Shown: positions 20,433 through 30,427, numbered from the stretch's first letter. The stretch is DNA of 64,000 bases from Rhodospirillaceae bacterium (GCA_018660265.1 JABJKS010000084.1:14036-78035); one strand, 5' to 3'. The notes: generated by a model from the sequence alone, not told the origin. Program-made: numbers and translations.

Positions 20433-21193
20433 GTGAAACTGGCGCTGACTTGGCCCATGGGACCGAAATCGCCCACTGCGATATCGCCGGGCGAAATAGG
20501 TGTTATCCCCGTGCAGGTCCCGGTCATGATCAAATCACCGGCACAAAGGCCACGCTGGGACAGTGCGGAATGGGCCAGACACCAGGCCAGGGCATCAAAA
20601 ACATGATCCCACAGCAGGACGGAGGTATTGCCCGCCGTCGACACCTCTCCATTAATGGATAATGATACGGGGAAATCTGACAGCGCAAGGCCGCTCCAGT
20701 CCGTGATCTCAGTACCTAGGACGGTGCCGATATTGGCCCCGCCATCCGCGATAACCTTAAATCCCGCACCCGCCAACTCCCCCTCAAAGCGGGCCCCGAC
20801 AATTTCAAACGACGGCTGGATGGAGGCGACAGCGGCTTCAATCTCCGCCCGCGCATAGGGCTGTTCCCTGGCGGGCAGGTCCGCATCCAGGCGCACCGTG
20901 ACCTCCGTCTCGATACTGGTGCCCGGCAATATGGGTAATGCAACGCCATTGTCATGGGTGAAGCGTTGAAACAAGGGACCAAGAAACGGCTGACTGACCC
21001 CAAGAACCTCGAACAATGCTTCCACCGTGGCACCAATTTTCCAGCCTGCAACGTCCAGTCCGGATGCGGCTATCATGGACGCCTGGATTTCATAGGCCTC
21101 ATCCTCCGATTGAGGGCTGCCGGCAAAGTCATTTGGGATTTTTGTGCCGTCGACCCGCGCGTTCCATAACTGCTGCGCCACCTTGTCAGTCAT
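20429..21193 (-). CDS. 2-keto-4-pentenoate hydratase / FAA hydrolase family
   Basis: GWKIGAT, ETEV, IADG, GDLIMTGT. Confidence 0.85.
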   Translation of the reverse strand: MTDKVAQQLWNARVDGTKIPNDFAGSPQSEDEAYEIQASMIAASGLDVAGWKIGATVEALFEVLGVSQPFLGPLFQRFTHDNGVALPILPGTSIETEVTVRLDADLPAREQPYARAEIEAAVASIQPSFEIVGARFEGELAGAGFKVIADGGANIGTVLGTEITDWSGLALSDFPVSLSINGEVSTAGNTSVLLWDHVFDALAWCLAHSALSQRGLCAGDLIMTGTCTGITPISPGDIAVGDFGPMGQVSASFT

Positions 21194-21206
21194 ATCAAGT
21201 CCCCCA

Positions 21207-21773
21207 TTAGGCCAATGTCAGCTCGTTCTGATCCGTATGCTCGAATGTCTTGCCATAAATATCAAGCATGGTCGTTTCGCGGTATGAAAGCCTGCCGTTG
21301 CCAACAACGATTGTATGGTTGAATGCTGTTGTAGATGCATTTTCCTGCATGAACGGCGATTGGATGATCTTCCACTTCTCATCATCAAGGCTTGCCGCCA
21401 CATTTATGATCGCACGGCCATCCCCATCCGTTTCGCCGCCATAAATCCCACCAGCCAGCACACAAACGGCGCGTGGAATGACCAGTGAATGCATGACGGT
21501 ATGCGTATCATTATCCCACATCCAATAACCCGTCTCATCATGAAACACCGCACCATCGGATTTACGGCGGACAATCTGGCGATAATGAATGGCAGCAAGG
21601 TTTTGACTTTCTGCATTCGTCACACCGCCCACGGCAGAATAGGTAATGGTTTCAGCATAGGGATTGGTCTCCTCGCCATCAGGTTCAGGTGCAATATCAA
21701 CACCTTCCCCACCACTCCACTCACCAACCAGGGCCGTCAACGGCCCGAAATCCACATCGCTTGCTTCGCTCAT
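21207..21773 (-). CDS. Nitrobindin-like heme-binding beta-barrel protein
   Basis: GPLTALVGEWSG, FHDETGYWMWD, C-terminal FEHTDQN. Confidence 0.7.
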   Translation of the reverse strand: MSEASDVDFGPLTALVGEWSGGEGVDIAPEPDGEETNPYAETITYSAVGGVTNAESQNLAAIHYRQIVRRKSDGAVFHDETGYWMWDNDTHTVMHSLVIPRAVCVLAGGIYGGETDGDGRAIINVAASLDDEKWKIIQSPFMQENASTTAFNHTIVVGNGRLSYRETTMLDIYGKTFEHTDQNELTLA

Positions 21774-21895
21774 TTGGGCCTCGCATATACGCGCACTGGA
21801 AAAGGACGCTCAATTTGAGTGTAGTCTAGCTGCCCGGCATAAAACATAGCGAAAGTATGTTGCGTCGCCAGCCTGCTCAGCCTATCTAACCGGCC

Positions 21896-23260
21896 ATGAA
21901 GATAGATGAACCCATCCATGTGATCGGCGGCGGTTTGGCCGGTTCCGAAGCGGCCTGGCAAATTGCCCGGGCCGGTGTTCCCGTTGTCCTGCACGAGATG
22001 CGTCCCGAACGCATGACCGAGGCGCATCAGGGCGAAGGACTGGCCGAATTGGTCTGCTCCAACTCCTTCCGTTCTGACGACGTCACGGCCAGTGCAGTTG
22101 GTCTGTTGCACGAGGAAATGCGCCGTTGCGACAGCCTGATCCTGGCTGCGGCAGACGCCAACAAAGTGCCCGCCGGTGGTGCCCTGGCCATGGACCGGGA
22201 GGCGTTTTCCGACCATGTCGGTGCCACATTGGCGGCAGAACCCTTGGTGGAGCTGTCGCGCGGTGAGGTTGCCGGCCTGCCGCCAGAGGATTGGGATAGT
22301 GTCATTATCGCGACCGGCCCCCTGACATCCCCCAGCTTGGCGACCGCCGTGTCTGACCTGACGGGAGCCGATAACCTGGCATTCTTTGATGCCATCGCGC
22401 CCATCATCTATGCGGATTCCGTGGATATGTCGAAAGCCTGGTTCCAATCCCGCTATGACAAACCGGGACCAGGGGGCACGGGCAAGGATTATCTGAACTG
22501 TCCCCTGGATGAAGGCCAATACAACACTTTTATCGAGGCCCTGCGCACAGGCGATGTGACGGAGTTTCATGAATGGGAAAAAGACACCCCCTATTTCGAA
22601 GGCTGCCTGCCCATAGAGGTGATGGCCGAACGGGGCGTGGAAACCCTGCGCTATGGCCCTATGAAGCCCGTCGGTCTGACCAACCCCCATCAACCGGACA
22701 TCAAGGCCTATGGTGTTGTGCAGCTGCGCCAGGATAACAGCGCCGGCACCTTGTACAATCTGGTTGGATTTCAAACCAAATTGAAACACGGGGCCCAGGT
22801 CGAAATCCTGCGCACCATTCCAGGCCTGGAAAATGCGCGCTTTGCCCGCATGGGCGGCATCCATCGCAATACGTTTTTGAACAGCCCCGCCCTGTTGGAT
22901 GAAAGCTGCCGCCTGAGGGCACAGCCCCGGCTGCGCTTTGCCGGTCAAATCACCGGCGTCGAGGGCTACGTGGAAAGTGCCGCGATGGGCCTTTTGACCG
23001 GGCGCTTTGCCGCTGCCGAACGCCTCGGTCTGGGCCCCAACGCGCCGCCGCCCACGACCTCAATGGGAACCTTACTGGGCCATATCACAGGCACCGCGCG
23101 GCACCGGGACCTGAAGGAGGGTAAAAGCATGGATTTTCAGCCCATGAACGCCAATTTCGGGCTGTTTCCCATTTTGCATCCTCCTGTGAAGAAAAAACTG
23201 CGCAAGGCCGCCTATGGGGAACGGGCCCTGGCGGATCTGGACGCCTGGTTAGCCATCTAA
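21896..23260 (+). CDS. trmFO: tRNA (uracil-54-C5)-methyltransferase TrmFO
   Basis: [56 protein letters not shown]. Confidence 0.96.
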   Translation: MKIDEPIHVIGGGLAGSEAAWQIARAGVPVVLHEMRPERMTEAHQGEGLAELVCSNSFRSDDVTASAVGLLHEEMRRCDSLILAAADANKVPAGGALAMDREAFSDHVGATLAAEPLVELSRGEVAGLPPEDWDSVIIATGPLTSPSLATAVSDLTGADNLAFFDAIAPIIYADSVDMSKAWFQSRYDKPGPGGTGKDYLNCPLDEGQYNTFIEALRTGDVTEFHEWEKDTPYFEGCLPIEVMAERGVETLRYGPMKPVGLTNPHQPDIKAYGVVQLRQDNSAGTLYNLVGFQTKLKHGAQVEILRTIPGLENARFARMGGIHRNTFLNSPALLDESCRLRAQPRLRFAGQITGVEGYVESAAMGLLTGRFAAAERLGLGPNAPPPTTSMGTLLGHITGTARHRDLKEGKSMDFQPMNANFGLFPILHPPVKKKLRKAAYGERALADLDAWLAI

Positions 23261-24081
23261 GGTCTTCGCAACAACGACCGCCAGAGCAACAGCAGGGGCC
23301 GGGCCAAGGGGTTTAGCCCAAGGTTGGGCGCATAGGGGTTATAGCCCGCAGCTGCCAAACGGCGCAGATAGGCCCGTGCCAAGGTAGCGTGCAACAGGGG
23401 TGAAATTGCGGCATCCCCGACATTCAAGCCTTGCAATTCATCATGGGCGGCGGCGGCCACTTGTTTCAGACAAGCGGCCACGGCAGCACTTTTGTCGTCG
23501 GCGCGAATGTCCTCAAACACCAGGTTTTGCGCCACCAATAGATCCTGGGGCAGACATAACCGTCCCTGAAAGCCGCGTTCCTGCAACTGATAGGGTATGG
23601 CACGCAACATCCCCGCCAAGGCATAGGCAGTGCCCGCGGCCCTCGCGCCAGCCAACTGTTGCGCCCCCAAAATCTCCGCCGCCAGGGCGGACAGGGCACC
23701 GCCCGTAGCCCTGGCATGGGCCATGACATCGTTGAGCGTGGCGAAGGGCGGACCATTCAAATCCGCCTCCCGCGCCGCCAATAGATTTGATAGTTGCGCG
23801 ACAAATTCCGGATCGCCTGGCAGCAAAGTCAAAACCGGGTGTTTGGCTTGTTCCGTGTTTTCCGCCCCAGGTGCCAGCGCATCGCGCCACCATTGCAGGC
23901 GTATCTGCCCCAACACGGGCTGCGCACCCCCCGCCATTACCCCACGGGCACATTCCAGATTGAAGGTATAAAGTGCGGCCAGGACGGGTCGGACGGGGCG
24001 CGGTGCAAATAACAGGGTCAGATAACGGTCGCGATCCTCGCGCCGTAATTCTTCCAGGCAGTAGGTGAATGCATTTTCCAC
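23257..24081 (-). CDS. Squalene/phytoene synthase family protein (NDUFAF6-like); start uncertain, possibly up to 24138
   Basis: [23 protein letters not shown] motifs. Confidence 0.8.
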   Translation of the reverse strand: MENAFTYCLEELRREDRDRYLTLLFAPRPVRPVLAALYTFNLECARGVMAGGAQPVLGQIRLQWWRDALAPGAENTEQAKHPVLTLLPGDPEFVAQLSNLLAAREADLNGPPFATLNDVMAHARATGGALSALAAEILGAQQLAGARAAGTAYALAGMLRAIPYQLQERGFQGRLCLPQDLLVAQNLVFEDIRADDKSAAVAACLKQVAAAAHDELQGLNVGDAAISPLLHATLARAYLRRLAAAGYNPYAPNLGLNPLARPLLLLWRSLLRRP

Positions 24082-24271
24082 CCCCCCGCCCTTTTCACCG
24101 ATAGGCTTGGGAAGATTATTGTTCACTGTTGCCCCCACCTGCCACTTAATCTATCACTTTTTGTAATAGGTTAATAAAATAGCAACTATAAAATACCAAG
24201 CTCCTATCCGAACCCATGGCCATTGTTTTCACACTGCGCCATCCCTTTGCTGAGAAGTCCATCTATTTGCC

Positions 24272-25609
24272 ATGACCACTTTGGATCAAGCCCCCGTCAC
24301 CCTGGATACAGAGATCGGCCCGCCTGCCGGGCTGGTCGCCCGGCACCGCAAGGCCCCGCCCCCGCCGCATGAAGGGCTGCACTATGGTTGGTGGATTGTA
24401 CTGTCCGCCATGCTGAGCGTGTTCGTCAGCCTGGGCGTAGGCCGCTTTGCCTTGGGTATGCTGTTACCGGCAATGGGTGAAGCGTTGAACTTAAGCTATA
24501 TGCAAATGGGCTGGATCAGTTCCGCCAATTTCGTCGGATACCTTCTGGGTGCCATCTGGGTGCGGCAGCTGTTACCGATGTTTGGCGAGCGGCGGCTCAT
24601 TACCATGGCGCTGCTGACCATTGTCGTCACCATGGTCGGCGTCTCATTGGCGAACGGATTTTTTCCCCTGGTCATCCTTTATACAGGCACCGGCCTGGGC
24701 AGCGGTGTTGCCTTTGTTTGTGCCGTCACCTTAATACCCCATTGGTTTGCCACCGCATATCGGGGCCGGGCCAGCGGCTCCATATCGGTCGGGGCCGGCT
24801 TCGCCGTGATCCTGGCGGGCTGGGCGATCCCTATGGTGAACAGCGGTATGGGGGATATCGGCTGGCGTCTTGGCTGGGGCGGCCTGGCGGCGGTCTGCCT
24901 GCCCCTTGCCCTGTTCTGTCTGGTTATGGTGCGCAACCGGCCCAGCGATATGGGCCTGCAACCCTTTGGCGCGGACCCGGATGACTACCGCACGGGGCAC
25001 AATTTGACAAAACCCATACCGCGCGCCGCTGCCAGGTTCAGAGGTGCCGCATTACGCCGTCTGATCCTGCGCCTTGGTGCTGTGTATTTCCTGTTTGGTG
25101 CCACCTATGTGGTCTATATCACCTTTATTGTCACGACCCTGGTTCATGAACATGGCATGGCCGAGGGTAAAGCCGGATTTTTTTGGATCTGGGTCGGGTT
25201 TTTCTCGCTCTTTTGCGGCCCGGTTCTGGGTGCGCTTTCAGATCGCCTGGGCCGGCGCACCGGCATTATCACCGCCTTTATTCTGCAAGGCTGCGCCTAT
25301 ACGCTGATTTCCTATAGCGGCGGCAATGAAATGGTGATCTACCTCTCGGTCTTTCTGTTTGGCCTCTCTGCCTTTGGCCTGCCGGTCATTATCACCGCCT
25401 CGGTGGCTGATTACCTGACGCCGGAGCGGGCCGTGGGTGCGATCGGTATGTTGACGGTGATTTTCGGCATCGGGCAACTCTTAGGCCCCATCCTGGCCGG
25501 CCTCATGGCCGAATACAGCGGCACCTTCACCCCGGCCTATCTAGGCGCAACATCCCTGGTCGCCCTGGCCATCGCCGTCACCCTGACGTTGCCGGAACCG
25601 GCGAAGTAG
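24272..25609 (+). CDS. MFS transporter (YbfB/YjiJ-like)
   Basis: GVGRFALGMLLPAM, SANFVGYLLG, LSDRLGRR; about 12 hydrophobic segments. Confidence 0.88.
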   Translation: MTTLDQAPVTLDTEIGPPAGLVARHRKAPPPPHEGLHYGWWIVLSAMLSVFVSLGVGRFALGMLLPAMGEALNLSYMQMGWISSANFVGYLLGAIWVRQLLPMFGERRLITMALLTIVVTMVGVSLANGFFPLVILYTGTGLGSGVAFVCAVTLIPHWFATAYRGRASGSISVGAGFAVILAGWAIPMVNSGMGDIGWRLGWGGLAAVCLPLALFCLVMVRNRPSDMGLQPFGADPDDYRTGHNLTKPIPRAAARFRGAALRRLILRLGAVYFLFGATYVVYITFIVTTLVHEHGMAEGKAGFFWIWVGFFSLFCGPVLGALSDRLGRRTGIITAFILQGCAYTLISYSGGNEMVIYLSVFLFGLSAFGLPVIITASVADYLTPERAVGAIGMLTVIFGIGQLLGPILAGLMAEYSGTFTPAYLGATSLVALAIAVTLTLPEPAK

Positions 25610-25615
25610 GCGCGC

Positions 25616-25696
25616 CTAGAACGCATTTTTTCAAAATGCGCCCAGACTCTTAAGAATCGGGCGATAGAGACTCAGGTTAATTGAAAATCGCCCTAA
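25616..25696 (+). repeat. Dispersed two-stem intergenic element, copy A (CIR/BRU-RS-like)
   Basis: cgcatttt/aaaatgcg and gggcgat/atcgccc stems; aligns with 32609-32713 and 42345-42450; three GANTC sites. Confidence 0.75.
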
Positions 25697-26010
25697 CCTT
25701 CCGCCGGCTCGAGCACGACGCGGGTTACGGGGACGATGTTGCGCATGCGGGCGGCCAGATTGGCGGCGATATTGGGACATAAATCATTGATCGCGATGTG
25801 GATATGCAGATCATCACCATCCGCATGACAAACATGTTTGCAGCTGACCTCCACCGGCAGCAGGCTGCGCTGGGCGAATAATTCCATCACCCGGCTCAAC
25901 GCAGAGGGATCGGCGACGGTCTGGATCTGAAAATAGTGGGATGCGGCCTCTGGAAAGGCAGAGGGATCAGTTTGTTCGGTGGTCTGAGAGGTCTCGGTTC
26001 GGGCGGACAT
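25693..26010 (-). CDS. Small stand-alone ACT-like protein (IlvM-like)
   Basis: ADPSALSRVMELFAQRSL...LAARMRNIVPV resembles an ACT fold; CAGGAG RBS upstream. Confidence 0.65.
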   Translation of the reverse strand: MSARTETSQTTEQTDPSAFPEAASHYFQIQTVADPSALSRVMELFAQRSLLPVEVSCKHVCHADGDDLHIHIAINDLCPNIAANLAARMRNIVPVTRVVLEPAEG

Positions 26011-26155
26011 GGCGGGTAAGCTCCTGAGAGGAAATTGCTGTAAGCATCATTGAAATGCGACTTCCGTCCCGGCCATCCGTAATGGCCGAGCGGTTAAGTC
26101 GCTTCATAATGAGCTGCTCTACAAGCAGTTGCTTACCCTGTCCGAACTTGGTCAT
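25967..26155 (-). other. Candidate leaderless uORF/leader peptide containing a long hairpin
   Basis: TCGACA-N18-TATTAT ends 5 nt before the ATG; hairpin at 26051-26106. Confidence 0.4.
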
Positions 26156-26221
26156 GGCGCATAATATAAGGTTTTCAGCGCAATTGTCGAGGCCTGCCCA
26201 AAAACCGAGGCCGGTTCCGGG

Positions 26222-27229
26222 CTAATCCCCCTGTAATTCATCCAGAAACGCCACCTTGTCGTCTTGATCCATGTTGGAATAGGACGCTGCCGTGCGATCG
26301 GCGATATGGCTGTAACGGGACTTGATCTGCCGGGCCACTTCACGGGCATCGCCCTGGACGGAAATGGCGTTTAGCGTCTTGTCGTCGATCAACTCTCCCA
26401 TGGCTTCCCAGCGGCCCTGTTTGGACATGGCGTTCAATTCCGGTTGCAGCTCTCCCATCTCGATGGAATCCAGCACCGGTTTGTAGGCGGGGGTGGAGCC
26501 GTAGAAGGCGATTTGCTGGCGCATCTTGGTTTCTTCCGCCGCGATCTCCGTCTCATCCCGGCCGGTCACGGCGAATACGGGATAGGAAATTTCGAAATTT
26601 TCCCGCTTTCTGCCCGATTTGGCAAAACCGCGCTCTATGGCCGGGAGGGTGACATTCTCCAAATAGGCTTGCGTTGTGAAACCATGCACCAACAGACCGT
26701 CCGCGACTTCACCCGCGACTTCCGCCATCATGGGACCCACGGCAGCCAAATAAACTTTCGGCGGGCCGCTTTCGATATTGGTTGGGGTAAAAAACGGCGT
26801 CATCAGGGTATGGGTATAAAACTTGCCCAAAAACTCCAACGGCACACCTTCATGCCAGCAGGCCCAAATGGCGCGCATGGCCAAAATCATCTCCCGCATC
26901 CGAGCCGCCGGCGAGGACCAGGGCATGGAATAGCGCTTGGTGATATGGGGTCGGATTTGCGAGCCCAGGCCCAGATTAAAGCGCCCCTTCGCAGCGGCAT
27001 TCAAATCGTGCCCCACATTGGCGAGGGTCATGGGAGAACGGGCAAAGGCCACGGCGATGCCCGTGGTCAGATCGATTTTCGTGGTGGCCTGAGCGGCCAA
27101 CAACAGAGGCAGGAACGGGTCATGCGCCGTCTCGATTGATTTCAGGCCGTCATAGCCCATTTCCTCCAGCTCCCGCGCCTCGGCACCGGCTTTATCCAAA
27201 TCCGAAGTTATGACTGCATCTACTTTCAT
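26222..27229 (-). CDS. LLM class, probable F420-dependent oxidoreductase
   Basis: ETAHDPFL, GIAVAFARSP, LGLGSQIRPHITKRY, QIAFYGSTPAY. Confidence 0.85.
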   Translation of the reverse strand: MKVDAVITSDLDKAGAEARELEEMGYDGLKSIETAHDPFLPLLLAAQATTKIDLTTGIAVAFARSPMTLANVGHDLNAAAKGRFNLGLGSQIRPHITKRYSMPWSSPAARMREMILAMRAIWACWHEGVPLEFLGKFYTHTLMTPFFTPTNIESGPPKVYLAAVGPMMAEVAGEVADGLLVHGFTTQAYLENVTLPAIERGFAKSGRKRENFEISYPVFAVTGRDETEIAAEETKMRQQIAFYGSTPAYKPVLDSIEMGELQPELNAMSKQGRWEAMGELIDDKTLNAISVQGDAREVARQIKSRYSHIADRTAASYSNMDQDDKVAFLDELQGD

Positions 27230-27744
27230 CGTTCTATTCCTTCATCACTGCAATTTTCTTTTGCCTTGGCCGCGAAAACATAATTCAGATATTCGGCAAA
27301 GACCGCCGGTTTTTCCTGACCGTCAACTTCGATCAAATGTCCGGTTTTGAACAAACGCCGCCCCTCGCCCTTGTCGCTGACATCCAACAAAGAGATCCGA
27401 TCCCGCAGGCGCACGCCCTGCCCGACCACGACAGGGGCCAATATACGCACCTTATCCATGCCGTAGTTCAGGGTATAGGCCGCGCCCTTTGGCCGCACGC
27501 CGGCAATCTCCATGAAGTGGGAGAACAAGCTGATCATGAAAAAACCATGCACCAACGTGCCGCCATAGGCACCTTCGCTCTCCGCCCGCTTCACATCGGA
27601 ATGCAGCCAGGTGGCCCAACGGGTCAATTCGCCGAAACGGTCAACCTGATCCTGATCGATCTCCACCCAATCAGACACCGCCAATTCCTGGCCAACGTAG
27701 GTGTGGGCGTTATCAAAAGTGTAGGAAAATTTGGCGTCTGTCAT
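27226..27744 (-). CDS. MaoC/NodN-like hotdog-fold protein
   Basis: VGQELAVSDWVEIDQ, WLHSD, GGTLVHGF, LNYGMDKVR. Confidence 0.85.
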   Translation of the reverse strand: MTDAKFSYTFDNAHTYVGQELAVSDWVEIDQDQVDRFGELTRWATWLHSDVKRAESEGAYGGTLVHGFFMISLFSHFMEIAGVRPKGAAYTLNYGMDKVRILAPVVVGQGVRLRDRISLLDVSDKGEGRRLFKTGHLIEVDGQEKPAVFAEYLNYVFAAKAKENCSDEGIER

Positions 27745-29385
27745 TCAGTCTATACCAGCCGCGCGGATTGCGGTCAGCGCATCGGGGGTATCCACATCCA
27801 GGAAAATACTGTCGTCATCCATGGGCACTTCCACCAATACGTCCTCGTGCTGTCCGATCAGGTATTTCGCGCCACTATCGCCGCCAACCTCAGCCATCTC
27901 GGCAAAAAAGCTGGCCGCAAACAATACCGGGTTGCCTCGTTTGCCCTGATAGGTCGGCACGCAAATGGCCCGCCCTTCAACAGGATTAAAGGCCGCGATC
28001 AGACGGTTTATATGGCTTGGCGTAATGCGGGGCATATCCCCCAACAAGACGACGACGCCGTCGATATCCGCGCCTAACCCGGACACACCCCTTTGCAGTG
28101 ATGTGCTTAACCCATCGGCGAAGTCCGGATTGTGCACCGTACCCACACCATAAGCTTTCAGGGCAGAGACCACGCTGTCGGCCTCATGCCCGGTTACGGC
28201 GATGATCTTAGATATTTGCGAGGCCTGGGTCGCCTCCACCACGCGCAACAACATGGCCTTGCCGTCAATTTCCGCCAACAACTTGTTCGCAGCCCCCATG
28301 CGCCGTGACTGGCCCGCGGCTAAAATCAGGGCGGCGATACGCGGCGCGCGCGGTGCAATTTGGGCATTATCGCCGGCCCGTAATTGCGGCCTTGATGGAA
28401 TTTCCTTTAGCAATCCGCCCGCACCCATGGCGGTAATTTCATCCCGCCCCACGGGTCGGTCCGCGACAAGACGTTGGAGCACCCAATCGAAACCGTTCAG
28501 TTTGGGAGATCGGGCACAGCCGGGCAGGCCGATCACCGCCGTATCGCCCTTATGGGCCAGCAGCAACAAATTGCCCGGATCAACCGGCATACCGAAATGA
28601 TCGATCACACCGCCGGCAACTTCAATCCCAGCCGGCACTTCGTCCCGGCGATCCGTGATGGCAGAGTCGCCAAAGATCAAAATGGGGTCCAATCCCTGAT
28701 CCAATTGCGCCTGTACCGCCGCCCCGATGGCGTCTGCGGAATGGGCGCAGCGCTGTTCGTCCTCCAACGCACTGCCCAATCGTTCCAGACGGTCGCGCAG
28801 AACATTCGCGGTTTTATCCAGCACATTCGCCTTGGTGCCCGCCAATGTGGTCATGATCAAACCGGCCCGGCGCGCCCGGTAAGGCGCAACTTCGACCAGC
28901 GCGCCGCCCACCCTGTCATTATCTGAAGCAATGGCAATAGCCTGATCCACGGCGTCCTGTGGTGCGGCGAAAGGAATAATTTTGATGGTGGCCAGCATCT
29001 GGCCCGCCTCTACCGCTTCGTTGGGGGCCAGGGTGGCGATTGTGACAGCTTCATGAATTCGGTTAATTCGGTCGACCCGCGCGGCGTCCAAAACCATGAT
29101 GCCGGGGCCGTCGGCGTAAAGATTGCACCGGCCCGTAAATGCTTCCTGCAGGCGTGCACCGTTGCCCTGGCAGGCCCTGGCGATGGCATTGGCGGCTGTA
29201 TCTTCATCAATATCACCGGCCTCCAGACGGGCGGCGATAACCTCTTCAATACCAGCCTTGGACAAGGCGCGGATATCATCTGCCGACAGACGCCGGCCTT
29301 TTTTCATAGCAACACCGCCCCGACGGATCGAATGGGCCAGAACGGCCCCTTTCGCCACATCCAGAGGTGTCGTCCCGAAAATCAT
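27745..29385 (-). CDS. Molybdopterin-binding domain fused to MocA-like nucleotidyltransferase
   Basis: GMPVDPGNLL, LPGCARSPKLNGFD; C-terminal ILAAGQSRRMG, LLGDMP, GNPV. Confidence 0.88.
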   Translation of the reverse strand: MIFGTTPLDVAKGAVLAHSIRRGGVAMKKGRRLSADDIRALSKAGIEEVIAARLEAGDIDEDTAANAIARACQGNGARLQEAFTGRCNLYADGPGIMVLDAARVDRINRIHEAVTIATLAPNEAVEAGQMLATIKIIPFAAPQDAVDQAIAIASDNDRVGGALVEVAPYRARRAGLIMTTLAGTKANVLDKTANVLRDRLERLGSALEDEQRCAHSADAIGAAVQAQLDQGLDPILIFGDSAITDRRDEVPAGIEVAGGVIDHFGMPVDPGNLLLLAHKGDTAVIGLPGCARSPKLNGFDWVLQRLVADRPVGRDEITAMGAGGLLKEIPSRPQLRAGDNAQIAPRAPRIAALILAAGQSRRMGAANKLLAEIDGKAMLLRVVEATQASQISKIIAVTGHEADSVVSALKAYGVGTVHNPDFADGLSTSLQRGVSGLGADIDGVVVLLGDMPRITPSHINRLIAAFNPVEGRAICVPTYQGKRGNPVLFAASFFAEMAEVGGDSGAKYLIGQHEDVLVEVPMDDDSIFLDVDTPDALTAIRAAGID

Positions 29386-30098
29386 TCCGCTGCCTGCGCC
29401 TGTTTTGGCCGGCGCAGCGCCTCAGTAATCTCGGCGATGATAGAAACGGCAATTTCAGCCGGAGATTTGCCGCCGATATCCAGGCCGATGGGACCATGGA
29501 TGCGGGCGAAATCTGCTTCTGAAAAACCCTCCATGCCCAGACGTTCCAGGCGCTTGCCGTGGGTCCGGTTAGAACCCAGGCAGCCGATGTAAAACACATC
29601 AGATCGCAGCACCTTGATCAAAGCAGGATCATCCAGCTTTGGATCATGGGTCAGGGTGACAATGGCAGTGCGTCGATCGGGGGCGAATTGGTCTACGCCG
29701 TCATCGGGCCAGGCATCGATCAAGGTGATACCGGGGAACCTGTCGGCGGAAGCGAACTCCCGGCGGGGATCGACAATCGCCACGTCATAGCCGGCCAGCA
29801 TCGCCATTTGCGAAAGCGGCTGGGCGATATGCACCGCACCGACGATCAACATGCGCAGGGGCGGGTTATAGACGTGCAGGAAGACCTTGCGGCCATCAGT
29901 TGTTTCGACGATGCCGCTTTTGTCTGCCAGCATCACCCGGCGGGCGGCAACCAGCAACTCGTCATCGCCGTCAGTTTCACCGGGATAGAGCAATTGGCCC
30001 CGATCCGGCACCTGGCCAGAAGCTAGATCCGTGGCCATGACCACCTGACGCTTGGCCGCGCGGTCCGCCAACAGCTGTTTCAGGATATCGCTCTTCAT
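29382..30098 (-). CDS. xdhC: XdhC/CoxI family accessory protein (Rossmann part)
   Basis: VGAVHIAQPL, THDPKLDD, YIGCLGS, GPIGLDIG..SPAEIA. Confidence 0.88.
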   Translation of the reverse strand: MKSDILKQLLADRAAKRQVVMATDLASGQVPDRGQLLYPGETDGDDELLVAARRVMLADKSGIVETTDGRKVFLHVYNPPLRMLIVGAVHIAQPLSQMAMLAGYDVAIVDPRREFASADRFPGITLIDAWPDDGVDQFAPDRRTAIVTLTHDPKLDDPALIKVLRSDVFYIGCLGSNRTHGKRLERLGMEGFSEADFARIHGPIGLDIGGKSPAEIAVSIIAEITEALRRPKQAQAAE

Positions 30099-30427
30099 TC
30101 GACCGGCTCTATAAAGACTTCGCATTTACCACCACAGGCCAAGCCGACCTGCCAGGCGGTTTCGTCCGAGATACCATAATCTATCAATCTGGTCTGGCCA
30201 TCCTGAATGGTCTGGCGCGCCTCTGTCACCACGGCACCTTCGATACAACCGCCCGAGACGGAGCCGACAAAATCACCACCCTCTTCGACCACCAGCTGGC
30301 TGCCAACGGGCCGGGGGGACGAGCCCCAGGTCGCGACCACCGTGGCGAGCGCGACGCCACGCCCGGCGGCTTTCCATTCCGCTGCCTTTTCCAGAACTTT
30401 TTCATGCTCCACAATTTGTTCGCTCAC
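30095..30427 (-). CDS. XdhC/CoxF N-terminal domain protein
   Basis: TWGSSPRPVGS, GSVSGGCIEG, GLACGG. Confidence 0.9.
   Translation of the reverse strand: MSEQIVEHEKVLEKAAEWKAAGRGVALATVVATWGSSPRPVGSQLVVEEGGDFVGSVSGGCIEGAVVTEARQTIQDGQTRLIDYGISDETAWQVGLACGGKCEVFIEPVE

Noticed and set aside
21770..22948. 392-aa minus-strand ORF
   Set aside because: Antisense shadow of trmFO with no recognisable motifs; expected in GC-rich DNA
17661..24081. Carotenoid pathway from the phytoene desaturase-like and phytoene synthase-like genes
   Set aside because: Both look like widespread non-carotenoid homologs, they are unlinked, and no other crt genes are present
29382..30427. Split XdhC as a frameshifted pseudogene
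   Set aside because: The two ORFs join by a clean 4-nt ATGA overlap, and split XdhC is usual in such clusters
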